Below, piece by piece: positions 59,696 to 64,000 of a stretch of 64,000 nucleotides of DNA; position 1 is the stretch's first letter; every line of letters begins with the position of its first letter. This DNA comes from Hormoscilla sp. (GTDB taxonomy: Bacteria; Cyanobacteriota; Cyanobacteriia; Cyanobacteriales; Desertifilaceae). Below the pieces are notes generated by a model, which saw only the letters and a list, made by a program, of their open reading frames with translations, was not told the DNA's origin and searched no databases. Where the stretch lies: assembly GCA_051439505.1 (NCBI GenBank), contig JBFRWI010000226.1:1-64000 (forward strand), in the 5' to 3' direction. A program made the position numbers and the translations under genes.

Positions 59696-60886
59696 CTAAC
59701 AACAGTTGCTTTCAGGCGCACAGCAATCACTGGCATCCTTATTCACCCGATAATCCACGCCTTTAGTTTCCCGGGGGTGGCGGATGCTGGGGCGAGAACA
59801 ATCAAATACTCCCGCCTTTTCTAACGGAATCTCTACATAGGGTTCCACCGGCAAGAAATCGCCATGATAGGGACCGTTGGGGTTAGTCAAGATGTGGAAA
59901 GTCTTGTCGCAAACTGCTGTCCGCTGGCCCCGATCGTAGGTATGTCCGTCATCGTCCAACACCTGTTTCCAAGGTCCAGTATAGATCACTGCCTGATTCC
60001 GTTCCCAGCAAGGACCATCCTTTCCCTTAAAAGCTTGCACTGTCACAGAACGAAACTCAATTCCGTCAATCACCTGCCAAGGTTCTTCCTGGCGGCTGAG
60101 AATTTCCATCCCATAAAAACCCGCCTGTGCAAACATTTCAACAAAGGCATCTTCCCGGAAAGCACCGGCAATACAGCCACTCCACAGTTCCGGGTCATTG
60201 ATAATTTCCGGAGTCGGGTCTTCATCGCAAACAATATCTGAAATTACCGCCCGTCCGCCCCGTTTCAAGACGCGATATATTTCGGCAAATAGCTGTTTTT
60301 TATCTTGGGGACGCACCAGATTTAACACGCAATTAGAAACCACCACATCAACGCTATTCTCTGCGATCAGGGGTTCTTCTTGCCGCAGGCGATCGCATTC
60401 TGCCTCAAACTTTGCCACCTGTGCGATCGAAGTAATCGGATGTGCCGACAACCACCGTTGCGCCGCCTCTAAATCCAAAGCCAAGTCTTGAATTTTTCCC
60501 TTGACAAACCGCACGTTATCGTAGCCAATTTTATGGGCAATATCATCTTGATATTTCTTGGCCAAGTTCAGCATTTCATCATTGAAATCAACCCCGAACG
60601 CTTTTCCATTTGCACCCACTTTCTGTGCTAAAATATAGCAAATTTTGCCCGAACCAGAACCCAAATCCAGAACTGTTTCGCCTGGCTTTACATAGCGACT
60701 GGGGTCGCCACAACCATAATCTTTCTCGATAATTTCGGCTGGCAGGATATCCAGATATTCGCTTTCGTATTTAGTAGCGCAACACAGACCATCCTCCACC
60801 TGACGGGCACCTGCTTGGTAACGTTCTAACACCGCGCTTTCGATATCATAGGCAGATTTTTGCATTTCAGTCAAACTTTCCATCAT
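59696..60886 (-). CDS. SAM methyltransferase, ArsM-like
   Basis: Motifs LCC, YGCGDP, LDLGSGSG, SNCVLNL and WSGCIAGA. Confidence 0.75.
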   Translation of the reverse strand: MMESLTEMQKSAYDIESAVLERYQAGARQVEDGLCCATKYESEYLDILPAEIIEKDYGCGDPSRYVKPGETVLDLGSGSGKICYILAQKVGANGKAFGVDFNDEMLNLAKKYQDDIAHKIGYDNVRFVKGKIQDLALDLEAAQRWLSAHPITSIAQVAKFEAECDRLRQEEPLIAENSVDVVVSNCVLNLVRPQDKKQLFAEIYRVLKRGGRAVISDIVCDEDPTPEIINDPELWSGCIAGAFREDAFVEMFAQAGFYGMEILSRQEEPWQVIDGIEFRSVTVQAFKGKDGPCWERNQAVIYTGPWKQVLDDDGHTYDRGQRTAVCDKTFHILTNPNGPYHGDFLPVEPYVEIPLEKAGVFDCSRPSIRHPRETKGVDYRVNKDASDCCAPESNCC

Positions 60887-61021
60887 TTTTCTTTCTCTTG
60901 GACAATTATATCCTACAATTGCTATGTTAACATCAAATAATGGCTAGATTAATTTTTCCTGAGAATTCATGAGCAGCAGTTAAGAATAAGCTGTTCTGCG
61001 GGTTATCTTCATCCACACCGG

Positions 61022-61996
61022 TTAAATGCCGCTAATCCTCAGGACATCACTCAGGGTCGGACAGTAACTTGGCAGTCCTAAGCTAGCAGGATTAACTGCA
61101 TTCTGGTAAGTAAAATGCCTCATTCGCATGCAGAACTTGTCCCAAGGGGCGATTTCTATCTTTACCCCGATCGCCCGCAACAATGATATTAACATATCTG
61201 CCAACCATATATACAAAGGCACGCGAAAATAAATCCTTTTCTCCAGATACTGGCAAATCTCTGCCACTACCTCATTAAATGCGATCGGCTCATTTCCCAA
61301 TACCAATTGACGACTTATCGGTAAATTTTCTCCTGAATCTGGGGGATAATCGATCAGATAACTTACCACCGTAGCAATATCACGCCCGTGAATGAAGTGG
61401 AAACTGCCATCAGCTTGGAAAAAGCGCACCAAATTAATCCATTTGACAATCTCTGGCAGATCCGCTGACAAGTGGGAATAGGGTTTATCGGAACCCCCAC
61501 CAAAGACTAAAGTTGGAAACAGGACCGTAATGGGAGGTGCGTGAGATAGTTTTGATAATTCCCGATAACAGTCATACTTAGAACGAATATAATCAGTTCC
61601 CAACTCACCCGCTTCCCGAAGCAATTGATTATTGCCGTCCAAAATGCTAGCCGTAGAAAAATATATTACTTGCTGACAGACATTCGGGTTCAGCAACTTC
61701 ACCAATTCAACAGTTTTAGCCACATTCACTTCAAATACCTCTTGGGGGCCACCCCAAGCCGTTGCGACTAAAACTGCCACATCGATCGCCCCCAGTATGT
61801 CTCTAAATTGCTCAATTTCGCGCATATCTGCCTGTAAAATATTCACTCCTGGGCGATATTTACAGTCAAATTGCAGTTTCTCCCGATTCCGCACCAGTAA
61901 GTACAAATCGTACTCGGTTTCCTGAATCAGAGATTGGGCTATATAGTGACCGATACAGCCACTCGCACCTGTCAGAAAAATCCGCTTATTAGTCAT
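61022..61996 (-). CDS. NAD-dependent epimerase/dehydratase
   Basis: TGASGCIG and YIRSK (YxxxK). Confidence 0.85.
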   Translation of the reverse strand: MTNKRIFLTGASGCIGHYIAQSLIQETEYDLYLLVRNREKLQFDCKYRPGVNILQADMREIEQFRDILGAIDVAVLVATAWGGPQEVFEVNVAKTVELVKLLNPNVCQQVIYFSTASILDGNNQLLREAGELGTDYIRSKYDCYRELSKLSHAPPITVLFPTLVFGGGSDKPYSHLSADLPEIVKWINLVRFFQADGSFHFIHGRDIATVVSYLIDYPPDSGENLPISRQLVLGNEPIAFNEVVAEICQYLEKRIYFRVPLYIWLADMLISLLRAIGVKIEIAPWDKFCMRMRHFTYQNAVNPASLGLPSYCPTLSDVLRISGI

Positions 61997-62167
61997 TAAC
62001 TATTTGTCCTGAGGACTTTATACCATTTTTGTCAAGCATTTCTGGGAAATACTTGCTAGCTTTTCTTCCTAGCATTGTTAAAATTTTATTAGTCGGTTTT
62101 AACCGACTTTAGCTATTAGCCCGGGGTTTGAACCCCGGGCGGGATGACTACGAACTGCCTTTTTTAT

Positions 62168-63235
62168 CTAAGCAGCGGCTATTAGCCGATCCACTTGTTT
62201 GGCAGTTTCAAAGAAAAACTGCGCATTCTCCTCTGGCGTCCCTGGCAATATTCCGTGACCCAAGTTGAGAATATGACCTTTGTTGCCAGCTTTCTTAATG
62301 GTGTCGAAAATGCGATCGCGAATAAAATCTTGAGAACCAAACAAAGCACCGGGGTCTACATTTCCCTGTACTTTCATGTCCGCACCCAGCCGCTTCCGCG
62401 CCTCGGCCATATCCACCGTCCAGTCCACACTGACCATATCTACACCAGATTTGGCCATCAGTTCCAACACTCCCGCGCTACCACTAATGTACAATATTAA
62501 TGGCGTATCGGGATAGACTTTTTTCACTTGCTTGACAACCTTTTGGTGATATGGTAATGCAAATACTTCATAATCTTGGGGACTCAGATGACCCGCCCAA
62601 GAGTCAAACATTTGCACCACCTGGGCACCGCATTCTATTTGATAGCAGACATAGGTCGCGATCGCATCGGCAATTTTATCCAGGAATAGATGCAACATCG
62701 CGGGTTCGCCAAAAGCCATCCCTTTAATATTGCTATAGTTTTTCGAGGTTTTGCCCTCGATCGCGTAAGCGGCCAAAGTCCAAGGGGCACCCACAAAACC
62801 CAGCACCGCTGCCTTATTGCCCACTTCCTGACGCAATGCCTGCAAAATCTCCCGGATGAAGGGCAGGGATTCCGCCGGTTCCAGGGGATGCAATTGCTGG
62901 ATCTGTTCTATACTACGAATGGGCGGGTCGATTACCGGTCCTTTACTTTCGACAATGTCAAAAGGAATGCCCATTCCCGGCAGGGGCGTGAGAATATCCG
63001 AGAACATGATCACCCCATCCGGCTGGAAAGCTTTATAGGGTTGCAGGGAAATCTCGATCGCCAGTTCGGCATTTTCCGAGCGCTCGCGGAAGCTAGGATA
63101 CTTATCCCGCAAGTCTCGGTACACCTTCATATAGCGACCCGCCTGGCGCATCATCCACACCGGCGGACGGGATAGCACCTCACCGCGAGTTGCCCGCAGT
63201 AGATAAGGAATCTGATCTGATTGGGATTCAGTCAT
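62168..63235 (-). CDS. hemE: Uroporphyrinogen decarboxylase
   Basis: [17 protein letters not shown] and NLGHG. Confidence 0.97.
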   Translation of the reverse strand: MTESQSDQIPYLLRATRGEVLSRPPVWMMRQAGRYMKVYRDLRDKYPSFRERSENAELAIEISLQPYKAFQPDGVIMFSDILTPLPGMGIPFDIVESKGPVIDPPIRSIEQIQQLHPLEPAESLPFIREILQALRQEVGNKAAVLGFVGAPWTLAAYAIEGKTSKNYSNIKGMAFGEPAMLHLFLDKIADAIATYVCYQIECGAQVVQMFDSWAGHLSPQDYEVFALPYHQKVVKQVKKVYPDTPLILYISGSAGVLELMAKSGVDMVSVDWTVDMAEARKRLGADMKVQGNVDPGALFGSQDFIRDRIFDTIKKAGNKGHILNLGHGILPGTPEENAQFFFETAKQVDRLIAAA

Positions 63236-63335
63236 GCTGTTAAATTTCTCGATCTTAGCAGGTAATGATTATAGTTCCTCTGGGACTTCCCAAAGTGCGA
63301 TATTCTAAGAAAAATTGGCGCGATACAAGTAATTG

Positions 63336-63884
63336 ATGGATATAACAGAATTTTTCCAACTCAGTGCAGGCAAATGGTTTTCCCAACGCACCGTTCACCA
63401 TCTGGATAAAAAAGACCTAGAGATCGGCAAGTCAAATTTGGTCATAGATTTCCTCCCCCAGACTGACCCCGACTTGAGCCAACTCTGCCAAAAACACCAC
63501 ATTGACCCCGGGTTAGCCTTGTGCGGTACTCGCGTCACCTGGGATGGCACCGTCGGACGGCAGGCCAAAAAAGATAGCGGTGCCACGGTTTTGGTCGCAG
63601 TGGCCGATGGAGAGGAACCCACCAAGGGCACATTACTACATTCGGGAAACTCCCCTGACCTTGACCTCCCGAAAGGACATTACATCATCGGACCCGACCA
63701 AGTCCTCACGTTAATTATCTCCTCTGACACCACGCAGATTGAAGAGCGCCTGTGGTTTGCCTCGGACAACTTGCGGTTTCGCACTAGCACCTGCAAACTC
63801 CCTAGCGGTTTCAACGTCACCTCCTTTTGCTCGGAAATTCGCATGGGGGTGACTGCGCCGCCCAAACCCGCCACTCCCGAATGA
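63336..63884 (+). CDS. CpcS/CpeS-family phycobiliprotein lyase
   Basis: FFQLSAGKWFSQRTVHHL, EERLWFASDNLR.R and SFCSEIR. Confidence 0.88.
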   Translation: MDITEFFQLSAGKWFSQRTVHHLDKKDLEIGKSNLVIDFLPQTDPDLSQLCQKHHIDPGLALCGTRVTWDGTVGRQAKKDSGATVLVAVADGEEPTKGTLLHSGNSPDLDLPKGHYIIGPDQVLTLIISSDTTQIEERLWFASDNLRFRTSTCKLPSGFNVTSFCSEIRMGVTAPPKPATPE

Positions 63885-64000
63885 CCCAATTTCCCTCACA
63901 AGTCATGGCGGCGAATTGCTACGGAATGCCTATGTAGGTTGGGTTTCCGCACGAACCCCAACAGCAATATAGTGCTTACGGTGGGTTAGAATAAGTTAAC

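Overview
Chromosomal segment of a filamentous, Oscillatoriales-like cyanobacterium. The evidence is abundant HIP1 GCGATCGC octamers, petL, a cpcS/cpeS-type lyase, rbp-rpsU and STRR heptamers. In order, the window holds: a phosphoketolase-family gene; a PARIS-like ATPase/DUF4435 defence pair; a three-gene ketosynthase + heme-oxygenase-like diiron enzyme + unknown-protein operon; a TPR-CHAT (caspase-like) protease with a DUF4384-like partner and a truncated sigma-like gene; orphan antitoxins; a Wsp-type chemosensory operon split by a C-protein-controlled ScaI-like restriction-modification cassette; a decayed nirA...narB nitrate-assimilation locus; a Septu-like ATPase/HNH pair; tandem ppsA paralogs; TA loci with inactivated toxins; and housekeeping genes (aroB, petL, radical SAM, OYE, cyclophilin, hemE). 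Intergenic DNA is full of REP-like palindromes and several MITE families, some with clear target-site duplications inside genes. The best candidates for undescribed systems are the CHAT protease and DUF4384-like protein, which share an L[DE]MW motif, and the KS-HDO mini-cluster. All family names come from motif recognition, not database searches.
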